A stretch of 64,000 bases of DNA from Camelus dromedarius (taxonomy: Eukaryota), in contig NC_087437.1 of the NCBI RefSeq assembly GCF_036321535.1, positions 100,380,001 through 100,444,000 on the forward strand, written 5' to 3'. The position numbers were made by a program, and so were the translations under genes. The notes beneath the pieces were generated by a model. It searched no databases. It was not told the origin of the DNA and saw only the letters and a list, made by a program, of their open reading frames with translations. Of this stretch, positions 37,761 to 49,737 are shown in pieces; the stretch's first letter is position 1, and each line of letters starts with the position of its first letter.

Positions 37761-37899
37761 GGAGCAAGCATGGGCACCTGACTTGTTTTCGCTCCCTCGT
37801 GCTGCAGCACCGGCCCCAATAAAGGCTTGCCTGAAATTCCCTGCTGGCCTGTTACCAATTTCTGTTGATTAAAGAGTCCAATGGCCTGGGTTGGTATCA
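37761..37899 (+). mobile_element. LTR fragment, R-U5 portion only, same family as 60829-61304
   Basis: Aligns with the reverse complement of ~60829-60973; AATAAA at 37818-37823; ends at the LTR terminus ggtatCA. Confidence 0.8.
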
Positions 37900-38089
37900 A
37901 TGATATGGTCCTGGTCCTGCTGGGTCCCAGCTTATGAGAGTCTTTCTGATCAAAGTTACCCCCATGGGCAGACTGTGGTTAAGTGCTTTAATCTCTGTCT
38001 CCATGAAGTTCTGTTATCCTGCTCCAAGAGATTGAATTGGCAGTCTCTAACTTCCCTACTTTTTTAAGCACAAGAATATAAGTTTTTAA

Positions 38090-38780
38090 AATGTTTTGCT
38101 TTGAGGTAATTATAGATTCACAGGAAATTGCAAAGATAGCACAGAGGGGTCCTCTACCTTTCACCTAGTGTCCCTAAATGGTTACATCTTACATAAATGT
38201 AGCACATTATCAAAACAAGGAAATTAACAGTGGTACAACATATGTATACATCTACATAATTCTTTTAATTTAAAATTTATATAAAATATACATAACGTAA
38301 AATTTACCATCTTAACCATTTTTAGGTTCGGCAGTATTAAGTACATTCACATTGTTGTGCAACCAATCTCCAAAACTATTTTATCTTGCAAAACTGAAAT
38401 TCTGTACCCATTAAACACTAACTCTCCACTCTTCCCTCCCCCCAGCCCTTGGCAACCACCTTTGTACTCTCTGTTTCTATAAATTTTATAGATGACGTAT
38501 GTAAGTAGAATAATATTGTATTTGTCTTTTTGTGACTGTTTAAATCCAAGTAGTATAGTGTCCCCAAGGTTCATCCATGTTGTAGCATGTATGAGAATTT
38601 ATTTCCTTTTTAGGTCAGCCATATTCCATTATATGTATATACCCCATTTTGTTTATTCAGCTGTTGATGGACACTTGGGTTGCTTCCACCTTTTGGCTGT
38701 TGTGAATAATGCTGCTATGAACATTGGTGTACCAATATCTCTTTGAGATCCTGATTTCAAAACTTTTGGAACTATATCCT
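38090..38780 (-). mobile_element. Two adjacent old L1 3' ends (L1MC/MD-like and L1MB-like)
   Basis: aattatagattcacaggaaattgcaaagatag; aaatttaccatcttaaccattttt...gttgatggacacttgggttgcttccacc. Confidence 0.85.
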
Positions 38781-38879
38781 CCCCAAAAGAAAAAAAAAAG
38801 ATAAAATATATAAAACACATACTATATATAGTTCCTGACTATATTAATATTAATACTAAATTATAGTAATCTTTACTAT

Positions 38880-39055
38880 CTCATATAATCCTCAGTAGAG
38901 CCCTCTGAGGAAGACAGAGTCATTATTCAGATTTTCCAGATGAGAAAATGAGGTGCAGAGAAGTTGAATTGTTTAAGGTCACATGGTAAGTGGTACAGAT
39001 GGGACTCAAATGCAAGGTCATCTGACTCTAGGGCCTTTAATGTCTCTGCTATACT
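38880..39055. mobile_element. MIR
   Basis: attttccagatgagaaaatgaggtgcagagaagtt...aaggtcacat...tctgactc. Confidence 0.75.
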
Positions 39056-39488
39056 GAACTAGTAGGCAATCAATAGCTGGCAATAATTATAAAAATGATT
39101 CTTTGGTGATGGAATAGTAGTGGGAGTTTCAGTTGCTATGAGATACATATGGCTAAATGTCACAGCATTTGTTGAGTTTGTTTTTCCCTTAGGTTTATTT
39201 TTCCTAAACCAAACAGAAATGGCTTCCTACAGTATGACAATCATTTTGTTTCATTATCCTCTCCTTACTCCCCAGTACAGAGCTCCAGGTTACCCCAGCC
39301 AATCCACGTCTTCCTACAGCACTCTAAGAAAATCAGGAATCTTCTCCCTGTCTCTCTCTTTCCCGAAGGAGAAACTCATAGCTGGGGTTTCCTTACCATG
39401 CCTTCTCAAAAGTTTCCAAACTCTATATTGTCAGCTGAATTATGTCTCCCCCTCAAATTCATATGTGGAAATCTATCAAAGATAAATT

Positions 39489-39971
39489 TTTAAAAATTGA
39501 ACTATAATTGATTTACAATGTTGTATTAGTTTGTTAGCTTCAGATGTCCAGCAAAGTGATTCATATATATATGTATATATATTTTTTCTTTTTCATATTC
39601 TTTTCCATTATAGGTTATTATAAGATATTGAATATAGTTCTCTGTGCTATACAAAAGGTCTGTTGTTTATCTATTTTATATGTAGTAGTGTGTATCTGTT
39701 AATCCCAAACTCCTAATTTATCCCTCACTCCTCATTTCCCCTTTGGTAACCATAAGTTTGTTTTCTATGTCTGTAAGTCTGTTTCTATTTTGTCAATAAG
39801 TTCATTTGTACCTTTTTCTTTTTTTTCAGACTCCACGTAAAAGTGATATCATATGATATTTGTGTTTCTCTATCTGACTTACTTCACTTAGTATGATAAT
39901 CTCTAGGTCCATCCATGTTGCTGCAAATGGCATTATTTCATTCTTTTTTATGGCTGAGTAGTATTCCATTA

Positions 39972-40021
<50 letters not shown>

Positions 40022-40267
40022 CCACATCTTCTTTATCTAGTCATCTGTTGATGGACATTTTGGTTGTTTCCATGTCTTAGCTATTGTGAATAATGCTGCT
40101 ATGAATACTGGGTTCATATATCTTTTTGAATTAGAGTTTTCTCTGGGTATATACCCAGGAATAGTATTTCAGGATCATATAGTAAGTCTATTTTTAGTTT
40201 TTTAGTCCATGCTGTTCTCCAGAGTGGCTGCACCAATTTACAGTCCCATTAACAGTGTATGAGGGAT
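39489..40267 (-). mobile_element. 5'-truncated younger L1 3' end containing a (TCTA)n microsatellite at ~39971-40022
   Basis: Antisense L1 3' UTR/ORF2 end; TSD-like aaagataaatt/aaagaaaatt. Confidence 0.9.
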
Positions 40268-40718
40268 CTAAAGAAAATTATTCATGACACTTGTTAAAGA
40301 AAGGTAAGGCAAACTTTATTTTGGGGGACTATCACAAGGGTATAGGAATCATTACAATGAGGTTTTATAGTAGGGGAGAGAGATTGGGCTCAAGTCCAAA
40401 TATAAGGAAAGATGGGAATTTGTAGTCAAGAATCAGGGTGGGGGTCAGTGGGTGGAAAATTACTAAGAGGAGACGTCATATAGGTAAGGGCAGATTCTAA
40501 ACTGACCTAACAGGATTCTTGCTGAAGTCAGGCCAGGGTGATCAGATATCACCTGGATGGTAGGTGATGAGGTGATACTGAGGGTGATCAGATATAGAGG
40601 ATGGGGAATTCTGGTTAAACTAACTTAGCAAGATTCTTGCCAGAACTGCATTCTACAAGGAAGGACGTGGAACCCAAGGTCAGGCCTAGTGAGAAAAGAG
40701 GGTCCAGAACTGCCTGAG
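40268..40718 (-). mobile_element. MER31-like ERV1 LTR (further pieces at 39474-39488 and 45277-45319)
   Basis: aaagaaaattattcatgacacttgttaaag...ggagagagattgggctcaa...gacctaacaggattcttgctgaag; ends caaggagagaatctttgtc after the L1. Confidence 0.8.
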
Positions 40719-41345
40719 CAGGGAGTGGGCAAGATGGCAGAGCAGCAAAGCCCTGAGCTCCCCTCCTCCCACGGGCATGCCAAAATTACACCTATATACA
40801 GAGCAATTATTGATGCAAATGGCCTGAAGACTTGCAGAAAAGATCTTCTACAACTAATGCTATGAAGAAGGAACTACAATGAGACAGATAGGAGGGGCAG
40901 AGGTGCAGTAAAGTCAAGACCTGTACACCCTGGTGAGCCAAGACCTGTACATCACAAACAAGAAGACAGTTACAACTGCAGAGGCTCTCCCCAAGGAGCA
41001 AGAGACCCGAGACCCACATTGGGCTCCCCAGCCTGGGGGTCCTCTCTGGGAAGACGAGCCTCCAGAACATTTGGCTTTGAAGGCCAGTAAAGCTTACTTT
41101 CAGGAGAGGCACAGGGCTGTGGGAGACAGAGACTCCACTTGTAAAGAGCACATACAAAACCTCCCACACTCCAAGACCCAGGGTAGAAGTAATTTGAAAG
41201 GAGCCTGGGTTAGACCCACTTTCTGATCTTGAAGAGCTTCCTGGAGAGGAGGGAGGCAATTTGGACTCACCCTGGGGACAGATGCTGGCAGCAGCCATTT
41301 TGGGGGTCTTGTCCTACCACAAGGACACTTGTGCTGGAAGCACCA

Positions 41346-41418
41346 TTTTCCCTTTCTTTCTTTCCTTCCTTCCTTCCTTTCCTTCCTTCCTTTCTGTCTG
41401 CCTTTCTTTCTTTCTTCT

Positions 41419-41466
<48 letters not shown>

Positions 41467-41474
41467 TCCTCCTC

Positions 41475-41558
<84 letters not shown>

Positions 41559-41597
41559 TTCTTTTCTTTTCTTTTCTTTTCTTTCTTTCTTTCTTTC

Positions 41598-41647
<50 letters not shown>

Positions 41648-41748
41648 TTCCTTCCTTCCTTCCTTCCTTCCTTCCTTCCTTCCTTCCTTCCTTCCTTCCT
41701 TCCTTCCTTCCTTCCTTTCTTTCTTCCTTTTTCTTTTCTTTTCTTTCC
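41346..41748. repeat. Compound (TTTC)n/(TTCC)n microsatellite at the retrocopy poly-A position
   Basis: ~400 bp nearly pure polypyrimidine tract between the TSD and the RPS15A 3' end. Confidence 0.95.
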
Positions 41749-42183
41749 ACTGAGGCATTTTATTTGTTTGTATGTATTATATCCCTAGAAAAAAGAATCC
41801 AAGGATTTCCCCTCCTGTGTATTTTGGTCCATGATGCCAGCTGAGGTTGTCAGGACAATGAAACTAAACTGATGTATGGGAGCAGGTTATCCTGCCATTT
41901 TTCTAGATCTTTGATTTGTACCTCAAATCTGTGGCTGATCACTCCATACTTACTTAGCCTGCCTGTGAGGTTCACAACAATTTTTCCAGCTCTGTGGTCA
42001 CTGGTGATTTTAAATTAGCCAATGTAACCATACTTCATTATCACAGTTAGAAACCGAACAATGACTTTGGAGCCTGGCCTAATAAGAACCTGGCGCTTGC
42101 CTCTCTTTTCAGCATTACTGATGTTCTTGAGAGCATCAGTGAGGACATTCTTGTGCACCATTGTGGCGGCACGGAAAGAGGGC
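41749..42183 (-). pseudogene. RPS15A: Processed pseudogene of 40S ribosomal protein S15a (CDS remnant 42161-41785)
   Basis: Minus strand translates [94 protein letters not shown], then frameshifted remnants to GFFF*. Intronless, stop at codon 49 (42015-42017), net 16 nt shorter than the 393-nt CDS, AATAAA at ~41758-41763, 5' TOP CTCTTTCC, TSD AAGCACCATTT on both sides. Confidence 0.97.
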
Positions 42184-42936
42184 AAGCACCATTTCTGAAT
42201 CCTCCCTTCAGCTCATTGTGCCAGGATTCAGCCCTGCCAACTAGCCAGCTGGCAGCAGTTGGGGGACACCCCAGGCCAAGCAGTTAGCTGGGTGGGGACA
42301 CAGCCCCACCCACCAGCGGGCTGGCTGCCTTAGGATCCCCAGAGGCCCTAGCCACCCTAATACCTGGCCCTGCATACCAGATGGCCCAGGACCCAGCCTC
42401 ATCCACCAGGGGGTGAGCATCAGCCCTGGGACCCTGGGGGCCTCAGCCCTACCCATAAGCAAACTGACACCAGCTTCAGGACACCTTGGGTTCTTCAGCC
42501 AGCTGCCCTAGGATCTGGCCCCAACCACCACTGGACCAACACAAGCTCCAGGAGCCAGCTCTGCTGGGACATGGCCCTGCCAACCAGTGGGCTAGCACTA
42601 CTCCTGGGACCCTCCCCAGGGCTCTGCAGCTAGCCACCTCATGACCCAGGCCCATCTACTAGTGGGCCAAAGCCTCTGCACAAGGTGGGGCCTGGCAACC
42701 AACCAGGCTGTGGTCCAGCTCCGCCCACCGGCACACCTGCAGCAATCATCCTGCCACAACATAAGGACCCATGCAGCCCACAAAGAAGGCATCCCTAGAG
42801 CATACAGCTCTGGTGCTGAGAGGGGAGTGCATTGCTGGGATTCACAGGACATTCTCTATGTAAGGCCACTTTTCCAGGATAGGAAAACATAACAGCTTAC
42901 TAAGTACATAGAAATAAAAATGGCAGATTAGGAAAA

Positions 42937-43820
42937 ATGAGATGACAGAGGACTAGGTTCCCAACAAAGGAACAAGATAAAATCCCAGAAATACTAAATG
43001 AAGTGGAAATAAGCAATCTACCTGCTAAAAGATTGCACGGTAATGATCATAAAGATGCTCAGTGAACTCAGGGGAAGAATGGATGGACACAGTGACAAAT
43101 TTAACAGAGAGTTAGAGGATGTAAAGAAGAATCAAACAGAGCTGAAAAATATAATAACTGAAATAAAAAAATACACTAGAAGGAATCAACAGTAGATTAG
43201 ATGATACAGAAGAATGGATCAGTGCACTGGAAGACAGAATAGGGGAAATTACTGAAGCTGAACAGAAGAAAGAATAAAAAGAAATGAGGACAGTTTAAGA
43301 GACTTCTGGGACAACATGAAGTGCACTAATATTCACATTATAGGAGTCCCAGAAGGAGAAGAGAGAGATAAAGGGATAGAGAAGATATCTGAAAACATAA
43401 AGACTGAAAATTGTCCTAACTTGTGAAAGGAAACAAACATCCAGGTATAGGAAGCACAGAGATTCCAAACAGGATCAACCCAAAGAGGACTACACCAGAC
43501 ACACTGTAATTAAAATGACAAAAATTAAAGATAAAGAGAGAATATTAAAAGCAGCAAGGAAAAAGCAACAGGTTACATACAAGGGAAATCCCATAAGGTC
43601 ATCAGCTGATTTTTCAGCAGAAACTCTGCAGGTCAGAAGGGAGTGGCACTATATATTTAAAGTAATGAAAGGGAAAAACGTACAACCAAGAATATTCTAC
43701 CCAGCAAGGCTTTCATTCAGATTTGAAGGCGAGATAAAAAATTGTACAGAAAAGCAAAAGCTAAAAGAGTTTAGCACCACCAAACCAGCTTTACAAGAAA
43801 TGTTAAAGGGACTTCTCTAG
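42937..43820 (+). pseudogene. Degenerate L1 ORF1p
   Basis: ORF 43515-43820 gives KDKERILKAARKKQQVTYKGNPIR...ADFSAETLQVRREW...QPRIFYPARLSF...KPALQEMLKGLL; upstream coiled-coil region has stops. Confidence 0.93.
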
Positions 43821-46800
43821 GTAGAAAAGAAAAGGCCACAACTAGAAATCTGAAAATTATAAAAGGAAAAATCTCATTGGGAAAGGCAATTATACAGTAA
43901 TGGTAATAGGTCAATTGCTTATAAAGCTAGTAGGGATGTTAAAATACAAAAATAGTAAAATCGTCTATATCCATAATAAACAGTTAAAGGACACACAAAA
44001 CAAAAAGATATAAAATATGTCAAAAACAGTAAACATGGAGAGGGGAGTAAAAATTCAGGACTGTTAAAATGTGTTTGTACTTAAGAGATCAGTAACTTAA
44101 AATAATCTTATTATATATATATATATTTATATAGTTTTATATACACATATTTATATATAAACTTTGTGGTAACCACAAATCAAAAATCTATAGTGGATAC
44201 ACACGAAAAAGAGAAAGAAATCCAAACATAACACTAAAGATAGTCATCAAATCACAGCGGAGGAGAGCAAGAAAAAGAAGAAAGGAATATAAAAGAACTC
44301 AAACAAAGACAAATACTGCATGATTTCACTTACATGTGGAATCTAAAAACAAAACAAATGAACAAACATAACTACACAGAAACAGAGTCATAGATACAGA
44401 GAATAAACAGTTGGGATGGGGGCAGGGAGAAGAGAGAAATAGGTGAGGGAGATTGAGAGGTACAAACTTCCAGTTACAAAATAAATGAGTCATGGGTATG
44501 AAATGTACGGTTTGGGAGATATAGTCAATAATTATGTAATATCTTTGGGGCCAGACGGTAACTAGAATTATTATGGTGATCATTTTGATATGTATAGAAA
44601 TATTAAATCACTATGTTGTATACCAGGAACTAACATAGTGTTGTTAGTTGCAGTGTTGTAGGTCAATTATACTTCAAAAACAAACAAATAAAAAAACAAA
44701 CTCATAGAAAGAGATCAGATTTGTGGTTACCAAAGATAGGAGGTAGAGAGAGGGGGAATTAGAAGGTAGTCAGAAGGTCAAATTTCCAGTTATAAGACAA
44801 ATAGATACTAGGGATGTAACATGCAATGTGATAGATATAATCAACACTGCTGTACATTAAATATGAAAGTTGTTAAGAGAGTAAATTCTGTTGGTTCTCA
44901 TTACAAAAAAATTTTTTTCTATTTCTTTAATTTTGTATCTATATGAAATGACAACTGTTTACTAAACTTACTATCTTCATTTCATGATGTATGTAAGTCA
45001 AATAAATATGCTATATATCTCGAACTTATACAGTGCTGTATGTCAATTATATCTCAGTAAAATTGGGATGGAAAAAAGAAAAACTAATACCCAAGAATTA
45101 GTCATTAACAATATAAAGTCAGTCATTTATAAAAATAATTTCTCATGTATAATAAAAGTATATAAAATTTTCTATTTGATGAGAGAACGATACTGTAACA
45201 GACTGCATGTTATTAAGTTACCTTATCAATGAAATCTTATTTAAAAACTAAAATAAATAAATAAATAGGGGGGAAGAGAACAATCTGACTGAAGTCTGCT
45301 CAAGGAGAGAATCTTTGTCCAGTGCCCAAGAATGTGACTGCATTTGGAGACAGGGCCTTTAAAGAGGCGATTAAGGTAAAATGAGGTCTTATGGGTGGAC
45401 TCTAATCCAATAGGACTGGTGTCCTTAGCAGTAGAGGAGCTTAAGACACAGACACACCCACAAAGGGAAGACCACGTGAAGACATCAGTGGCAGACAGCC
45501 ATTTACAAGCCAAGGAAGGCGGCCTTTAGAAGAAACCAACTCTGCCAAAACCTTGATCTTAGACTTCTAGATCCCAGACCTGTGAGGAAATAAATTCTGT
45601 TGTTCAAGCCATTCAATCAGTGGTGTTTGTTATGGCAGCTCTAGCAAACTACACTGGTCCGGGCACCAAAAGTTGACTCAGACCCATGTCACCTCTTCCT
45701 CTTGGCATCTCCACTCTCGTCATTCTGTGGCTGTGTCCATTTCACTGTGGTTAAGCACCAGGTGTGGAATGCGAGCCCACTGTGTAAGATGGCACAGGTC
45801 CACTTTGCAAATGGCTCTGGAAGGCAAAGTATAGGAACATTAATCAAGGTACGTGCTTTCCTTTCTTTTCTTGTTCCTGCCTCCTACTCGCCAGGGTTCT
45901 CCCAGGGGTGATGCCTTCCTCAGAGCTAACACGAAACTTTTTCCTATCTAGATGCAGGTTCTCACAGGACAGCACTACCATTAACTGTTTAATATGTCTG
46001 TTGACCACCCCGACCCCACCTTCAGTTAATTTCTGAATACGTAGATACTGAAATTGTGCTTATGAATGATTGGTTTCTATATTCCTAGGACTTACTGTAA
46101 TTCTTGATTCAAAGAAGACACTAATTCATGTTTGAACTTCTTGAGTAGATATATCTCTATCCGTCTATTTCAATCTATCTACCTATATATACATAATTTT
46201 AAAAATCTTTTCTTCCTTGTTTACTTCTGATAAGGGGGCTTTGTAATACAGACTGAAGTGGAAGAGATTTTAAGCACATTAAACAGCTGATGCTATGAGC
46301 AGTGATCAATGTTATAAGAAAAAGGGTTTATCTTTATTTTAAATGCTCTGATCAGAAGATTTGGAAACACCTAAGCCTCTTCTTATGAGGGAGAAGGCAA
46401 GTATAACGTGGGCTGAGTTGTCTGGGAAAAATGGTCATCATGACCTCAAGGGATTCTACTGTCTACTCCTCTCTTGGGTGGAGCCAGCACCCCGAGGAGG
46501 GGCTAGGCATCGCTGGGGACATGGGGAGAGAAAAGAGACTGCAGAGGAAAGGGATTCCCAGGCTCCCACTCAAGACAGACTCTGTAAGCACTTTCAGGCG
46601 TAATAAATACTTCACCTTGGGGCATCCTCTGGACTCTGTGTGTGTGGACTAGTTACTAGTAGGATTGTTTCTTTTGGTAATGAATGGTCCCGCATTCTCC
46701 TTTCTTTTGGGCAGAAGAGAGGGGGTATATTTTGACTGTTATGAGCTATATCCAGGTGGTCACATTGCACCATGGAAACACTGCACCTCTCATCCTCTCC

Positions 46801-48914
46801 CCAGTCGAGATCAATGGGAGGTGCTGCTTTATCAGGGGATCTGGTTGGAAGCATAATACAGTCTTTCAAAATACAGCCCTTCACTTGGATTGTAGAGACA
46901 CAATCCAAGGAAGGTCAACTTCTCCAGAAAGTTTCAGTAAAATGCTGGGTCATGAGCATGTGTTATTTTTAGGCAAGGGATAGGCAATGGACAGAACAAG
47001 ACAGGTAACTAGCAACACCTGCTTTTGCACTCCTTGGAACAAAGACTTCCTTCAGGAGTTTCCTGTTGGTGAGAATTTGCCCACACCCCAGAGATTTGTG
47101 TGAGGAACACTGAAGGAGCAGAATCAATCATTTGTGAAGAAGCAGAACAGTCCTCTATGAGACTTTGTATATATTACTAAAAATGAGCACAATGAGGGTC
47201 AAATTTATCCTCTAGTTTCCTAATTATAATTCAGAGAGCCAGACGAGAAAGGGAATGGAGAAAAAGGGAAAATAAAAAAGCTGCTGGAGTTTGGGGACAC
47301 TAAACAGAGATGAACAATATTTCTGTATTTGATGTCAAATGTCCACATGGTCACTTTTTTCCCCCTAAAGTCATTTAATTTTGTGGGATTGAATTCTTTC
47401 TGATGCTTAGGAAAATATAAATGCCATCAACTGTTTGATCTCATCTGGGTAGTCTGAAGGCTGTTTGCGAAAAGGGAATTTAATGCCGCAAAAAACACTA
47501 AAATCCTACAACATGCCAGCTCTGAGTGCTTCACATCAAACAGTCACAAGGCAGGTCAGATGGTATATTTCTGATGTTAAAAAGAAAAGAAATTACTTAA
47601 AAGTCTGTATCCAGAAAACACAAGACATTTGTACTATTTATCATCCAGTGAAAGCTAAATAGTATTGGGACATGGTTATTTTAAGTTACAGTTTGAAAGA
47701 ACAAGAACAATTATTTTTGAAAACCAAAAATTTTTTTGCTATTTGAAATGATTTTGAAAACTCACAAAAGAGAGAAAAGAGCTTTTCATGTGATGAATAA
47801 GGAAGATCTGTTGAAGAAAATTAGCTCCTGCAAGAATAGGATTGACAATATGACATATACTCACTTTGATCTAAATTTAACATCTTCCCACATTTTCAAC
47901 ATTCCAGTGACTTCTAGTTACTATAGCGATAATACCTTGCAACTCAACGTTTAATTCCTAGGTAACAGGCAACAACCGTGTATACCAAGGTGGGTATAGG
48001 TAAAAATTCTATTTATTAAATATTATCTCGGGTTTGAAATCACCCCCTCCCCTAGCATATTTTACTCCTGCTATGTCTTATAAAGAGATTGAAATGCCTC
48101 CAAATATAAGTTGTACAAGAAGAATCAAGGATCATGTTTAGGCCTTAATTTTGAGTGTAAGAACCTTGACATGATGTCAGAGCATTGCTAGAGAAACAAA
48201 AAATAGGGGGTCTAAAATAAGTTCTAAGCTAAGTACTTTTCAGCTGGAGTTGACCTAGAAAGTCGCTTTTGATGTTTGATGAAGCTGTGGACAAAAAATA
48301 CCCTCGACAGTTGGAGCATCTGTTCCACCCAGTGATGGTGTACCATACTCAATGTTTATTCTTCCTCCAAAATGGACAGATCTATGATGTGGAACTTCTT
48401 TCTAACAAAATTCACTTGCGTTAGAAACTTCCAGATAAATACAGAAGAATCGTCTGACCACTGAAAAAACAAACAGTAAGTACTTCCTAATACTGCCCTT
48501 CATACTTTTTAAACATCTTATCAGGAGGTCTATTTCAGCTTTCCAGTGAAAAGGTGTCCCAGGATTCATTCCTGAGGAGCACAGAGGTATTCCACTATTT
48601 ACATCTCCGGGCATTGGCCCTCTAATGCAGTCTTCCTGTGTTAAAGAAGTAAGTCGTCAACTGAAATGCAGGTTCTAAAACAAGAACCCACACTTTCAAA
48701 GCTAGCATTTCCACTGCCACACAGGAAGCAAAAGCAAATGTAAACAAACAATTTAATAAAACAGACCAAAAATACACTAGATAAGTGGGGAGTGGCAAAA
48801 AGAGAGGGGGGAATATTGAGAAACCACAGTGTTAGTATGCGTTTGAAACCTGATAGCAATGCTGGCTGTTAACACTAATCTCCCCCTATGTGCCCTGCTT
48901 GAGCTGGTCACCTT

Positions 48915-49085
48915 AACATTCATTCTTGTATTTAATCCTCATGACAGTTATATGATACTGTTCTTACATCACCTGTAAAATGTAAAATCACCATTTTACA
49001 GGTGAGGAATTAAGGCTGAGAGCATTAATGTAACTTGCTTAAGGGATCCCAGTTAAGCCAGTAAGTGGTGGGACTTGTATATTAA
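48915..49085. mobile_element. MIR
   Basis: tttaatcctcatgaca...ccattttacaggtgaggaattaaggctgagag...taacttgcttaagg. Confidence 0.75.
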
Positions 49086-49711
49086 GAAACAAAACAATCC
49101 CAAGCAGTCCAGAGGAGATAAAATGAGAAGTTGTTCTCACAAGTGCCAAAAATATGATCTAGGGGATTCATGGGCTTGCACTCTAGCCTAAACCAAGGGA
49201 TTCACAAAGCCAGGTGGCCAGGAAGGTACCCAAAGCTTCCCTTGAAAGGAAGCAACTAGAAACTGGGGTATAGATTTGACTTACATAAAACCTTTTGACT
49301 TATGTGTGCCCTTTGATAAAAATATATACTTACGTATATAGTCACATCCTCAAATTGGAATGCAGAGTATGTAGATGTTCTTTGTAACATCTGATATGAA
49401 AGAATATGATAAGGTTAAACTTTATGTTTTCCCCTCCTACGGAGTAGTCCTATGGACAAAAATGGATTGTAGACTTATTACTGTTCTTGGGTATTCAAAG
49501 TGGGTATCAAACGGCAATAATCTTATTTTATTACAGTCAGTGGTAGTTTTTTCAGTTCATTCTGAAAGTTCCATTGTATATTATTGGTTGTTTTTCTATA
49601 GGAATCAATCACAGATGAAATATAAGTTAGAGTGGTCTCTTGTAAAACGACTTACATAAAATTTAATGGGTCCATAGCAAACTTCCAAATTAGTTGTAGA
49701 AAAGAATAGTA

Positions 49712-49737
49712 AGTACAATATGCCACAAGAGGGCGTG
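49712..49737 (+). promoter_or_regulatory. Candidate CTCF binding site
   Basis: TGCCACAAGAGGGCGTG at 49721-49737 resembles the CCASYAGRKGGCRS core; GTACAATA upstream resembles the extended U motif; unique flanks. Confidence 0.55.

Larger units (their letters stand above)
40720..45275 (+). mobile_element. L1 with 5' UTR, ORF1, inter-ORF spacer and 3' UTR but lacking ORF2
   Basis: 5' YY1-type CAAGATGGC at 40730-40738; degenerate ORF1 ~42937-43820; jump to the ORF2 end/3' UTR at ~44300; imperfect TSD agaactgcctga/agaacaatctga. Confidence 0.88.
39426..45655 (+). mobile_element. MLT1B-like LTR split into 39426-39473 and 45320-45655 (outermost element of the nest)
   Basis: tgaattatgtctccccctcaaattcatatgtggaa resumes as cagtgcccaagaatgtgactgcatttggagacagggcctttaaagagg...ttgttatggcagctctagcaaact. 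Confidence 0.8.

Noticed and set aside
41100..41844. Long KERK-rich and SFFL-rich ORFs
   Set aside because: Translations of the tetranucleotide microsatellite; the same applies to 57897-58211.
49602..49708. Exon-like segment between tttttctatAG and GTAAGT
   Set aside because: Stops in all three frames; a non-coding exon cannot be excluded but is unsupported.
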